Source: Candidatus Heimdallarchaeota archaeon
GTDB lineage: Archaea; Asgardarchaeota; Heimdallarchaeia; JABLTI01
Assembly (NCBI GenBank): GCA_030614005.1
Contig: JAUWKS010000023.1
Coordinates: 17,414 to 49,413, forward strand
Reading direction: 5' to 3'
Length of the DNA: 32,000 bases
Below the pieces are notes generated by a model, which had not been told where the DNA came from, did not search any database, and saw nothing but the letters and a program-made list of their open reading frames with translations. This document shows, in pieces, positions 9,101 to 17,116 of the stretch (its first letter is position 1; each line of letters opens with the position of its first letter). The translations under genes were made by a program, and so were the position numbers.

Positions 9101-10057
9101 ATGCCTGGGTTATCGTATTCAAATGAAGAATTAAATAATTTTCTAATGGAACTTTTCCAATCAAAATTAGCGGTTGCAATATTTAATCAGCTTGTTGAAG
9201 ATGGAGGAAATACTGTGATTGGAATAGTTGAGAGTTTGCAAGAAAAAGGAATGAAAGCTTCAAAAACATGCGTTTATGAAGAAATATCACATTTAGTTGC
9301 AAAAGGAATGATCAATAGAGTTTCTAAAAGACCTCCGGTTTATACCATTAATTTAGCTCGGGAAAATTTAGAAGAACTTGCAAGTCAATTTTTTATGGAT
9401 ACACGAGAAGAACTTTTGAGACGGTGGGCTGCAACTTATCCTTTCTTACCAGAATTTTTGAAAACAAGTCAAGATTCTTCAACTAGTCTATCGAGTATTC
9501 CAATGATTAGCTTTAATCCCTATCCAATTGTAGATATTTTCAAAACTGATGCAGCGGGATTGCAGAGATATATGATACGAGTTTTCCAATCAAATATCAT
9601 AATGATTTCTGAATCACTCATTGGAACTTTACTAAGTGCTGATTCAATTCGATCACAATTTGAAAAGGAAAATTTCAGACCACTTTTTGCAATTATGCAA
9701 AAAAACTTTGAAAGAAATGATAAAATAACACTAAAAGTCCTTGTTACAATGAAGAGTAAAGAGATTATTAATTTAACTCAAATAAATAAAGTACCTGATT
9801 TTTACAAGAAATATTTTAAAATAATTAATTATGAAATAAGGGAACCCTCTACTAAGTTAACTAGTTTCGTTATTGCTGATGATAAGATTCTATTTCCAAT
9901 TGGAATTGGGGGTTCTAACCCTAGAACATATTTAATCATTGAGATTAGAGATTCTAAAATGGTTAAAAAAGCTCATTCTGCTTTTGTTAAGACATGGAAT
10001 AAAGCAAAACCAATTATGAAGATTGAAAATGGTAAATATCAAGAATCTGTTAGTTAG
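9101..10057 (+). CDS. TrmB-family transcriptional regulator (wHTH plus PLD-like effector domain)
   Basis: N-terminal SKTCVYEEISHLVAKGMINRVSKRPPVY helix-wing; C-terminal FVIADDKILF...IRDSKMVKKAHSAFVKTWNKAKP is typical of TrmB C-domains. Confidence 0.8.
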   Translation: MPGLSYSNEELNNFLMELFQSKLAVAIFNQLVEDGGNTVIGIVESLQEKGMKASKTCVYEEISHLVAKGMINRVSKRPPVYTINLARENLEELASQFFMDTREELLRRWAATYPFLPEFLKTSQDSSTSLSSIPMISFNPYPIVDIFKTDAAGLQRYMIRVFQSNIIMISESLIGTLLSADSIRSQFEKENFRPLFAIMQKNFERNDKITLKVLVTMKSKEIINLTQINKVPDFYKKYFKIINYEIREPSTKLTSFVIADDKILFPIGIGGSNPRTYLIIEIRDSKMVKKAHSAFVKTWNKAKPIMKIENGKYQESVS

Positions 10058-10073
10058 GGTAAAAAGGAGTATT

Positions 10074-10099
10074 GGGGAGATAAAGTTCTCCCCGTTTTT
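10074..10099 (+). terminator. GC hairpin plus T6 terminator after the TrmB gene
   Basis: GGGGAGA-taaagt-TCTCCCC-g-TTTTTT. Confidence 0.7.
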
Positions 10100-10276
10100 T
10101 TGCTTCTGCTTTCTCTTTTCAAACCCCAATCATCGTTAATAATATATAATTCAGACAAAATTAAGCCCCCATAAAAATGCTTTTTATTTCACGATAATAT
10201 TAATCCTTCAAATTTTTCTTTTTTTCTATTTTCTTACTTCTTCCATCAAAAAAGGCTATTTTTAATTTTAGTGTCA

Positions 10277-10350
10277 AAGGAAAATACTCTTATATTAAAA
10301 AATAGTTTGAATTGTTGTTGACAATAATAGTCAATTAGTTTATGAGGTAT
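10277..10350 (+). promoter_or_regulatory. Promoter of TM2 gene copy 1: TATA box, palindromic operator, SD
   Basis: AAAGGAAAAtACTCTTATATT (TATA at 10290), TTGAC-N7-GTCAA at 10318-10334, TGAGGTA SD before ATG 10356. All three are conserved in copy 2. Confidence 0.75.
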
Positions 10351-10355
10351 TATAA

Positions 10356-10556
10356 ATGGCTGAAGACAAAGACAACGACAAATTAATACAAATTCTAATA
10401 ACCTGGTTATTAGGTTATTTAGGAATTCACAGAATGATGAAAGGTTACTGGGTATCAGGTATAGTCTATCTATGTACTTTTGGACTTTTCTCAGTCGGTT
10501 ATATAATCGACCTTATTTATGTCATAACTGATAAACCACTAATGTGGCAAAAATAA
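10356..10556 (+). CDS. TM2-domain small membrane protein (copy 1)
   Basis: LGYLGIHRMMKG...GIVYLCTFGLFSVGYIIDLI matches the TM2 consensus; 66 aa with a clear SD. Confidence 0.9.
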   Translation: MAEDKDNDKLIQILITWLLGYLGIHRMMKGYWVSGIVYLCTFGLFSVGYIIDLIYVITDKPLMWQK

Positions 10557-10568
10557 AAAAATATCGAT

Positions 10569-10610
10569 TCAATGAATTTAATTCATTGATTCATTTTCTC
10601 TTTTTTTCCC
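10569..10610 (+). terminator. Hairpin plus T-tract after TM2 copy 1
   Basis: TCAATGAAT-tta-ATTCATTGA (9-bp stem) followed by T-runs; conserved in copy 2. Confidence 0.6.
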
Positions 10611-10647
10611 CTCTAAATAGATAAATACTATCTTTTTTGATTTGATA

Positions 10648-10721
10648 AAGGAAAACACTCTTATATTGAGATTATATATCAACTGCTATTGACAATGATG
10701 GTCAATAAAATTATGAGGTAT
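10648..10721 (+). promoter_or_regulatory. Promoter of TM2 gene copy 2: TATA box, palindromic operator, SD
   Basis: AAAGGAAAAcACTCTTATATT (TATA at 10661), ATTGAC-N7-GTCAAT at 10688-10706, TGAGGTA SD before ATG 10727. Every element is offset 371 nt from copy 1. Confidence 0.75.
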
Positions 10722-10726
10722 TAAAA

Positions 10727-10918
10727 ATGGCTGATAATGACAAACTCATACAGATATTAATTACTTGGTTTTTAGGTGCTTTAGGCATCCACAGAATGAT
10801 GAAAGGTTACTGGTTATCCGGTATCGTCTATCTATTTACAGGTGGACTTTTCTTCATTGGTTGGTTATATGATCTTTATTGTGTTATAACCGACAAAGCA
10901 TTGTTCTGGCAAAGTTAA
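10727..10918 (+). CDS. TM2-domain small membrane protein (copy 2)
   Basis: LGALGIHRMMKG...TGGLFFIGWLYDL; 46/61 identical to copy 1 by manual alignment. Confidence 0.9.
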   Translation: MADNDKLIQILITWFLGALGIHRMMKGYWLSGIVYLFTGGLFFIGWLYDLYCVITDKALFWQS

Positions 10919-10931
10919 GAAACCTTTGATT

Positions 10932-10972
10932 CAATGAATTATATTCATTGTTTCTATTTTTTCTTTTTTTTT
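10932..10972 (+). terminator. Hairpin plus T-tract after TM2 copy 2
   Basis: CAATGAAT-tat-ATTCATTG followed by T-runs. Confidence 0.6.
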
Positions 10973-10996
10973 AATTTAACAAAAAAATGAACGATT

Positions 10997-11344
10997 TTAT
11001 TTTTCTGTATTGAAAGCGTCGAGTAATTCTTGAGTACTTGCATGACCACGTTTCTTTGCTATTTGTCCTAAAGACCATTCAGCGGAAATTTTTACCTTTT
11101 CACTTTCATCATTATTCTTTGATGTTATTAGTGTTTTAATAACAGAATCAAAATGCCCAAATAGAGCAAAAGCTTCAGCAAAAATGGATCGAACATTTTC
11201 ATCTTGTTCTTTTTTGAATGCACTAATTATTGATGGGACAGATTCATCTGCACCCATTTCTCCGAGATTCATCACAGCTTTACTGCGAGTATCTGCATTA
11301 AGATCTCTAAGCTGCCTAGTTAAAGTATTAATACTTTTGCTCAT
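10997..11344 (-). CDS. HEAT-repeat (PBS-lyase-like) protein
   Basis: LRDLNADTRSKAVMNLGEM, DENVRSIFAEAFALFG and ESEKVKISAEWSLGQI are three HEAT-like repeats. Confidence 0.85.
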   Translation of the reverse strand: MSKSINTLTRQLRDLNADTRSKAVMNLGEMGADESVPSIISAFKKEQDENVRSIFAEAFALFGHFDSVIKTLITSKNNDESEKVKISAEWSLGQIAKKRGHASTQELLDAFNTEK

Positions 11345-11470
11345 TTTATTACTTCCATAAAATAATGTACTTTTCTACTATTTATACTAAATGATTCCAA
11401 CTACAAAAATTTGGTTATATAAACTAGTTTGGTAGTAAAAGTTATTAATTTCGAGATAATAATGGTAATT

Positions 11471-11562
11471 AACTTCCTGGAGGATAAGAAGTGAATACAC
11501 TCTGGGGGCGATGTATTGTTATCGCCCAGAAGAACGGTACTTTCTAAGAATCTTATCCAGTT
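11471..11562. ncRNA. Candidate structured RNA or DNA element (nested hairpin with possible pseudoknot); family not recognised
   Basis: GGATAAGA (11482-89) pairs with TCTTATCC (11551-58); GGGCGAT (11506-12) pairs with ATCGCCC (11521-27); AATACA (11494-99) is complementary to loop TGTATT (11512-17). About 43% GC versus about 21% in the preceding 70 nt. Confidence 0.3.
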
Positions 11563-11889
11563 GAAAATAGGTGGTAAATTATTAATTGCTCTTTTTTTTA
11601 GCATTATTTGTTCAAGTAGATTTACCCATTGTAAACCATTTTCAAATGAATTCGAAAATCTTAGATTAAAATGGATATTTGGGTTGCCAGAACCTTCTAT
11701 TTCTGGATGTAAAAAAGATTTTTACTGCCAAATGAGATTACACAGAACAAGCAAAAAAGCTTATAATTACTTTTACTTCTCGAAATTAAAAGACCTAGTA
11801 GTTCTACGAAGGATAATAAAATCTTTACGCTTGGCAAAGAAAAAATATTGGTTGAAAATTCAATCAGAAAATAAAAGTGGTGCACAAAA

Positions 11890-14379
11890 ATGAATGCGAA
11901 AAAACAGAAAACAAATGGTGATGGTCCTCAACCTAAACTTGAAAAACACTATAATATAGCAGAGGCTGAAAAACGAATACAAGACTTATGGACTACAAAA
12001 GAGCATTACGAAGCAGTATATGGTTTTGATTTCAAAGATACTGAAAAACCGCTCTTTGCTATAGATACTCCTCCTCCCTTCACAAGTGGATTACTCCATA
12101 TGGGTCATGCTTATTGGTGCAGTATTTCCGATTTAATAGGACGATACAAACGTATGAGAGGATATAATGTGCTTCTTCCTCAGGGATGGGATACGCAAGG
12201 ATTACCTACAGAGTTAAAAGTGCAGTATAAATGGAATATCTCTCGAGATGATCGTCCTCATTTTAAAGCCAAGTGTAGAGAATGGACTGAGTTAATGATT
12301 AAAGATATGAAGGATGTCATCGCAAAAATTGGTTATCGACCTGATTGGGAGGCATTTGAATATCGAACAATGGATAAATCATATCAAAAGCGTGTTCAGA
12401 ATTCTCTTCTAGAAATGCACCAAAAAGATGAAGTTTATTTTGATAACTTCCCGAATATGTGGTGTACATATTGTGGGACAACAATTGCTCAAGCTGAAAC
12501 AGGATATATAGAGAAAAAAGGGTTCATGAATTGGGTGAAGTTTCCAATAGAAGGTGAAGAGGACAGTTTCATTGAAATCGCCACATCACGCCCTGAACTT
12601 ATTCCCGCTTGCCAAGCAATTTTGATCCATCCTAAAGATAAACGTTTCAAAAAATATCTTGGTAAAAAAGCGGTGATACCTATTTTTGGTCGCGCTATTC
12701 CGATAATTGGTGATGAAGAAGTTGATATGGAATTTGGCACTGGTGCAGTAATGAACTGCACTTTCGGTGACGAACAAGATATCAAATGGCAGCAAAGACA
12801 TAATTTGCCTATCAAAAGTATTGTCTCTCGAGATGGTAAAATAATTGATACAGGATTTCGGTACGATGATATGTTGCTTAAAGATGCACAAAGAGAAATA
12901 TCCATCGCTTTGAAAGAAGCAGGTTTTATCTCAAAACAAGAACGAATTAAACATAGGGTTCTTTGTCATACTGAAAGAGGTGACTGTGAAACTCCAATGG
13001 AATTTCTCACTACAAAGCAATATATGATTAAATTGAAAGATTTTGCTCCTGAACTAATCAAAGCAGCAAAGAAGATGAAATGGTATCCTTCTCTCTATCT
13101 TAGACGAGCTACAGATTGGATACAAGCTTTAGAGTGGGATTGGATAATCTCTCGGCAAAGACTTTTTGGAACACCTATACCATTCTGGAGTTGTTCTGAT
13201 TGTAATGAAGTAATAGCTCCTTCACCAGATATGGAACTTCCAATAGATACTTCATTAATAGATCCACCTGTAACCAAATGTCCAAAATGCGGGTCAAAGA
13301 ATATCTCTGGCACCACGGATGTTTGCGATTGTTGGGTTGACTCAAGTCTAACACCATTAACCATTACAAAATATTATGAGGATCCTGAGTTTGCCAAACG
13401 ATGGATATCAAATAAATCAAATGATATCATTAGATTACAAGGGCATGATATAATTAGAACCTGGTATACTTACACTACATTTAGAACTCTGAAATTAACT
13501 GGTGGTAAGATGCCTTACGGTAGTGTTCTTATTAATGGTCATGTTCTTGGTCCAGACTCAATGAAAATGTCCAAGTCAAAAGGAAATGTTGTTGATCCTC
13601 GTGATGGAATCGAAAAATATGGTGCAGATGCTATTAGGCAGACAATTTTAGGGAAGAAAGTTGGCTATGATTTTCCATTCCAGTGGGATAAAGCTCAATA
13701 CGGTAAGTCCTTCTTACAAAAACTGTGGTCAGTTTCGAGATATCTTAGTATCTACATCGATGATGTTCCGGATGGAAAATCAAATTATTCACCAATAGAT
13801 ATTTGGTTATTGTCTGAACTTGAAAAAACAAGAAAAGAAATAACAGTAACATTGGATAAATATGAATTCCATACTAGTTTGCAATTAATACATGAATTTA
13901 CTTGGAGAAAACTTTGCGATAACTATCTCGAGAGTGTGAAATCGTTTTTCAGAACTGATGACGCTGTAAGGTCCGCTACAGTAAAACGTATTTTACGAGA
14001 TACCTTGTGGACTGTGCTGCGATTACTTGCTCCATTCTGCCCACATATTACTGAAGAAATCTACTTGAAAATGTTCAAAGATAACATAGGTGCTGTATCA
14101 ATACATGCAACATCTTGGCCTGAAAGGGAACGAAGAAAGCTTGATCCAGAAAAAGCTGAGCTCGGTGGATTACTAATAGAGCTAATTGCACAGATACGAC
14201 AATGTAAAGCAACGAAGAGAATAGCCTTGAATCAACCAATAAAATCTGCAACTGTGACTGCACCAGCTGATAAAATCGAACAAATAAAAGAATTTGAGCA
14301 TTTAATAAAATTACCAGTTCATGTTGGTGAAATAATAATAAATGCCGGAGAAGAAATTTCTGCAGAAATTGAAGAATAA
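11890..14379 (+). CDS. valS: Valyl-tRNA synthetase (archaeal type)
   Basis: DTPPPFTSGLLHMGH (HIGH), GWDTQGLPTE, ATSRPELIPAC, DWIISRQRLFGTPIP, KMSKSKGN, LLAPFCPHITEE; 829 aa. Confidence 0.95.
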   Translation: MNAKKQKTNGDGPQPKLEKHYNIAEAEKRIQDLWTTKEHYEAVYGFDFKDTEKPLFAIDTPPPFTSGLLHMGHAYWCSISDLIGRYKRMRGYNVLLPQGWDTQGLPTELKVQYKWNISRDDRPHFKAKCREWTELMIKDMKDVIAKIGYRPDWEAFEYRTMDKSYQKRVQNSLLEMHQKDEVYFDNFPNMWCTYCGTTIAQAETGYIEKKGFMNWVKFPIEGEEDSFIEIATSRPELIPACQAILIHPKDKRFKKYLGKKAVIPIFGRAIPIIGDEEVDMEFGTGAVMNCTFGDEQDIKWQQRHNLPIKSIVSRDGKIIDTGFRYDDMLLKDAQREISIALKEAGFISKQERIKHRVLCHTERGDCETPMEFLTTKQYMIKLKDFAPELIKAAKKMKWYPSLYLRRATDWIQALEWDWIISRQRLFGTPIPFWSCSDCNEVIAPSPDMELPIDTSLIDPPVTKCPKCGSKNISGTTDVCDCWVDSSLTPLTITKYYEDPEFAKRWISNKSNDIIRLQGHDIIRTWYTYTTFRTLKLTGGKMPYGSVLINGHVLGPDSMKMSKSKGNVVDPRDGIEKYGADAIRQTILGKKVGYDFPFQWDKAQYGKSFLQKLWSVSRYLSIYIDDVPDGKSNYSPIDIWLLSELEKTRKEITVTLDKYEFHTSLQLIHEFTWRKLCDNYLESVKSFFRTDDAVRSATVKRILRDTLWTVLRLLAPFCPHITEEIYLKMFKDNIGAVSIHATSWPERERRKLDPEKAELGGLLIELIAQIRQCKATKRIALNQPIKSATVTAPADKIEQIKEFEHLIKLPVHVGEIIINAGEEISAEIEE

Positions 14380-14435
14380 AGAGATCTTTATCTCTTTCGT
14401 TCTTTTTTCTAAACTAACTGCTATTTTTGAGCAGT
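14378..14435. terminator. Two hairpins between the convergent valS and GTPase genes
   Basis: AAAGAGAT-cttt-ATCTCTTT (14378-97) with a downstream T-run, and ACTGCT-N7-AGCAGT (14417-35). Confidence 0.55.
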
Positions 14436-14483
14436 AGCTTAAAAATTTATAAAATATGCATATCAAAAATAACATTACATATT

Positions 14484-15089
14484 TTATAATTCTAAACTAT
14501 TTAACAATTCTAATAGAGCTTCTCTAATACCTTCTTCATTAATGGAAGAGGATGGTAGTACTTGTACTCCATTCATATTTAGAAGTTCGCTAATTTCCTC
14601 AGGGGATTTGGCATCTGCTATATCTTGTTTGTTTGCTAAAACGATTAGGGGAACATCATCTCCCAATATAAGGCGAATTTCTTCATAGAGAGCTACAGCA
14701 TGACCAATATGACCTGAAATGCTTGAGTCAATAACAAATAAAATACCTTTAGCGCCTCTAAGCGTTGCTTTTCGAACAGCAGAAAATCGCATTTGCCCTG
14801 CTGCACCGAATAAGCCAATTTCTCGAACATTAGCATTTTCGTATTTCTCTTTATTATTTTCATAATCTCCATAAGCAATAATTTCTTCTTGCCCATCAGA
14901 ACTTGTAACCCAAACAACTTTGCCTAAATCAAAACCAACTGTAGTTGTTTGACCATCTGGTTGTAACTTATCTGCACTTCTAGCTCTGGGATCAAGTTTA
15001 TGTATAGTTGTTGTTTTGCCAGAATGATAGGGTCCGCCAATAACAATTTTAATTAGTTTACTAGTAAAAATTGATGAAATTATTATCAC
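14484..15089 (-). CDS. Small GTPase, MglA-like / archaeal Ras-superfamily
   Basis: G1 GPYHSGKTT, switch I TTTVGFDLG, G3 GAAGQMRF (no Asp), G4 NKQD, G5 SS. The GTG start overlaps the upstream roadblock stop (GTGA). Confidence 0.92.
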   Translation of the reverse strand: MIIISSIFTSKLIKIVIGGPYHSGKTTTIHKLDPRARSADKLQPDGQTTTVGFDLGKVVWVTSSDGQEEIIAYGDYENNKEKYENANVREIGLFGAAGQMRFSAVRKATLRGAKGILFVIDSSISGHIGHAVALYEEIRLILGDDVPLIVLANKQDIADAKSPEEISELLNMNGVQVLPSSSINEEGIREALLELLNSLEL

Positions 15090-15499
15090 GCACCTAATAC
15101 ATGGTCAGTTAAGACTTTATTGATTTTCTTGGTTGATCTTTCTATCTCCATAAACAAAATACCCAATTTTGCATCTCGCGGGGCAATTGTAATTAGAATT
15201 AGTTCTTGATTAACTTCAGTTAATATTGTAATTCCTTTCTCACCTTCAACGAGAACCCTGTGTAGTTTTTTGTGTTTGAAAGTTTCTGTGGTTTGTTCAC
15301 CTAGAGAAAGAATCGATGCTGCTAGAGCAGATGCTTCAAATTCATTTATGCTTTCTTGAGAAGCAGAGACTACTGGTAAACCATCCATTGAAACAAGGAT
15401 GGATGCATAACTAGAAGTTGTTTGTTCTAATTTTTCTAATATTTTTTGAATATTGCTCAATTGTAAATTAATATCTTCATTCAAAGTCTTGCACATCAT
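15086..15499 (-). CDS. Roadblock/LC7 (MglB-like) protein RB4
   Basis: ASILVSMDGLPV, EASALAASILSLGEQ, RVLVEGEKG, AKLGILFMEI. Confidence 0.92.
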   Translation of the reverse strand: MMCKTLNEDINLQLSNIQKILEKLEQTTSSYASILVSMDGLPVVSASQESINEFEASALAASILSLGEQTTETFKHKKLHRVLVEGEKGITILTEVNQELILITIAPRDAKLGILFMEIERSTKKINKVLTDHVLGA

Positions 15500-15630
15500 T
15501 TTTGTTTTTAGTTCGGAGCTTTAAAAATTGGATTATTTAGGCAATTTTGTCATAGTAATACAATAATACGAGTAAAAGTAAAAAAAAAAAATAAAAAAAG
15601 ACGAATATTACCCAATAAAGGACAATTATA

Positions 15631-16119
15631 TTAGTCTTTGAATAATCTTATTATCCAATCAGAAGCTATCTCTAATATTGATTCGACATCAGGATCAACC
15701 TTGCCCAGAATCTTCTTAACTGATTTTGTCATAGTTGAATAAATGGTATTGCTTTTAATAACCATCAAAACAAATCGTCGGTCGGATTTTTGAATATGAA
15801 TTGTTTTAATCCATATCTGGTTATCTTTTGTTATATATTGACTTGTTCTTACTGTGCCAACTCCAAGATAATCAGCAATTCTCTCTGAGAGAACATATGA
15901 TAATGCAGATGCAGCAGATAAATGATCTCTTTTTGATAATGGATGTAAGTTTTCAGAAATAATTAACCCTCCATCATCTGTTATTATACTTGATTGTAGA
16001 TTTCCAAATCGGTTTATTTCTTCTAATACTATTTTGAGTACAAGGCTTCTTGGAGGATCATCTAATTTTCTTATTCGATTTCGAAGTTTATTTTTGAAAC
16101 TCATTATAGTTTTTGCCAT
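15631..16119 (-). CDS. Divergent roadblock/LC7 protein RB3 with a basic N-terminal extension
   Basis: SSIITDDGGLIISE...LSAASALSYVLSERIADYLGVG has the roadblock pattern. ATG 16119 has a GGAGA SD; the track start TTG 16134 lies within that SD region. Confidence 0.75.
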   Translation of the reverse strand: MAKTIMSFKNKLRNRIRKLDDPPRSLVLKIVLEEINRFGNLQSSIITDDGGLIISENLHPLSKRDHLSAASALSYVLSERIADYLGVGTVRTSQYITKDNQIWIKTIHIQKSDRRFVLMVIKSNTIYSTMTKSVKKILGKVDPDVESILEIASDWIIRLFKD

Positions 16120-16145
16120 GTTTGATATCTCCAATTTTTCATTTC

Positions 16146-16541
16146 TTAGGATGTTGATACAATTGCCTCGTTAATTTTACCAATTGCCTTGTTTATTTCG
16201 ATGAAAAGAAGTCCAAGTCTTGCTTTTTTAGGGGCAACACATAATAAAATTAAATTGCTATTGATTTGGGTTAAGATTGAAGTTCCTTCTTCTGCTGAGA
16301 TTAATACTCTCTTTAATCCTTCATGTTTGAAAGTTTCTGTTGTTTGTTCACCTAATGCTAATATTGAAGATGCAACACCAGAAGCTTCAACTTCGTTCAC
16401 ATAATTATGTGCTGCTGAAGTAACTGGCATACCATCACTAGTTGCTACTATAGAAGCATATGTTGATGATTTCATTTCTAATTCTTTTAGTATTTTTTGA
16501 ATACTAGTTAATGCAAATGTTATATTTTCTATACCTGACAA
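16146..16541 (-). CDS. Roadblock/LC7 (MglB-like) protein RB2
   Basis: 64/119 ungapped identity to RB4. The likely start is TTG 16541, preceded by TGAGGTA-TTAATA (the same SD geometry as the TM2 genes). The track start 16646 adds 35 non-homologous residues. Confidence 0.88.
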   Translation of the reverse strand: MSGIENITFALTSIQKILKELEMKSSTYASIVATSDGMPVTSAAHNYVNEVEASGVASSILALGEQTTETFKHEGLKRVLISAEEGTSILTQINSNLILLCVAPKKARLGLLFIEINKAIGKINEAIVSTS

Positions 16542-16736
16542 TATTAATACCTCATTGTGGAATTTAACAAAAAAATCACTTGTTTTCTCGACATAATTCC
16601 AATGCAAGTGAAACGCAGTTAAATAAATACCTTGCTCTTTCGGCATAAATTGACAATAATTTATCCATTAATAATTTCAAAGTCAGCTTATTAAGTAGAT
16701 TAAAAAAGATAAAAATAAAAAAAAAGAATTGTGATT

Positions 16737-17102
16737 CTAAAGCATTGATACAGCTTCAGAAACTGAATTCTTTAGTTCAAAGAAAATTAAGCCTAATTGA
16801 GCATCTGCATTTGTCAAAGCAACTAATACAGCGGTACTTCCACATTCAACAGCGAGGGTATAACCTTTTTCACTTTTAACTAGAACTTGTTCAACAGATC
16901 CTTGATTCAATACTTTGCCTACTCTTGTGCCAAGAGCAATCATTGCTGCTGACATAGCGGATAAAGCATCAGCGTCAATTTTCTTTGGAAGAGCGGAAGC
17001 CATCATCAAACCATCACGAGTAACAATAGCGCTAGCAGTGACGTCTGTTCTTTGTCCGAGTCCTTCCAAAATACCTTCTAATTTTTGACGAGTTTTTGAC
17101 AT
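16737..17102 (-). CDS. Roadblock/LC7 (MglB-like) protein RB1, canonical
   Basis: ASAIVTRDGLMMAS, DALSAMSAAMIALG, EQVLVKSEKG, AQLGLIFFEL; GGAGA SD. Confidence 0.95.
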   Translation of the reverse strand: MSKTRQKLEGILEGLGQRTDVTASAIVTRDGLMMASALPKKIDADALSAMSAAMIALGTRVGKVLNQGSVEQVLVKSEKGYTLAVECGSTAVLVALTNADAQLGLIFFELKNSVSEAVSML

Positions 17103-17116
17103 TTTTTAGTATCTCC

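Larger units (their letters stand above)
10277..10972 (+). repeat. Tandem duplication, period about 371 bp, of the promoter-TM2 gene-terminator unit
   Basis: TATA box, operator and start codon all recur at +371. Confidence 0.85.

Noticed and set aside
10277-10972. CRISPR array or other short-spacer repeats
   Set aside because: The repeated DNA is a two-copy gene duplication. The repeats at 27264-28634 are protein-level. There is no constant repeat with unique spacers and no cas gene.
11501-11530. Fluoride riboswitch or tRNA
   Set aside because: GGGCGAU..UCGCCC resembles the P1 of crcB riboswitches, but the loop is too long and the AAAC and CUGAUG motifs are absent. There is no fluoride-export gene here and no TTCGA T-loop or cloverleaf.
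11516-11893. 125-aa plus-strand ORF, and minus ORFs 11401-11604 and 11697-11885, in the valS upstream gap
   Set aside because: No recognisable motif, AT-rich low-information composition, non-ATG or weak starts, and mutual overlap. A real small gene cannot be fully excluded.
16542-16646. 35-aa N-terminal extension of RB2
   Set aside because: TTG 16541 has a TGAGGTA SD at the same spacing as the TM2 genes and gives a length matching paralogue RB4.
16648-16659. TTGACAATAAT upstream of RB2, matching the TM2 operator half-site
   Set aside because: The right half GTCAA is missing, and the match is short in very AT-rich DNA, so it is likely chance.
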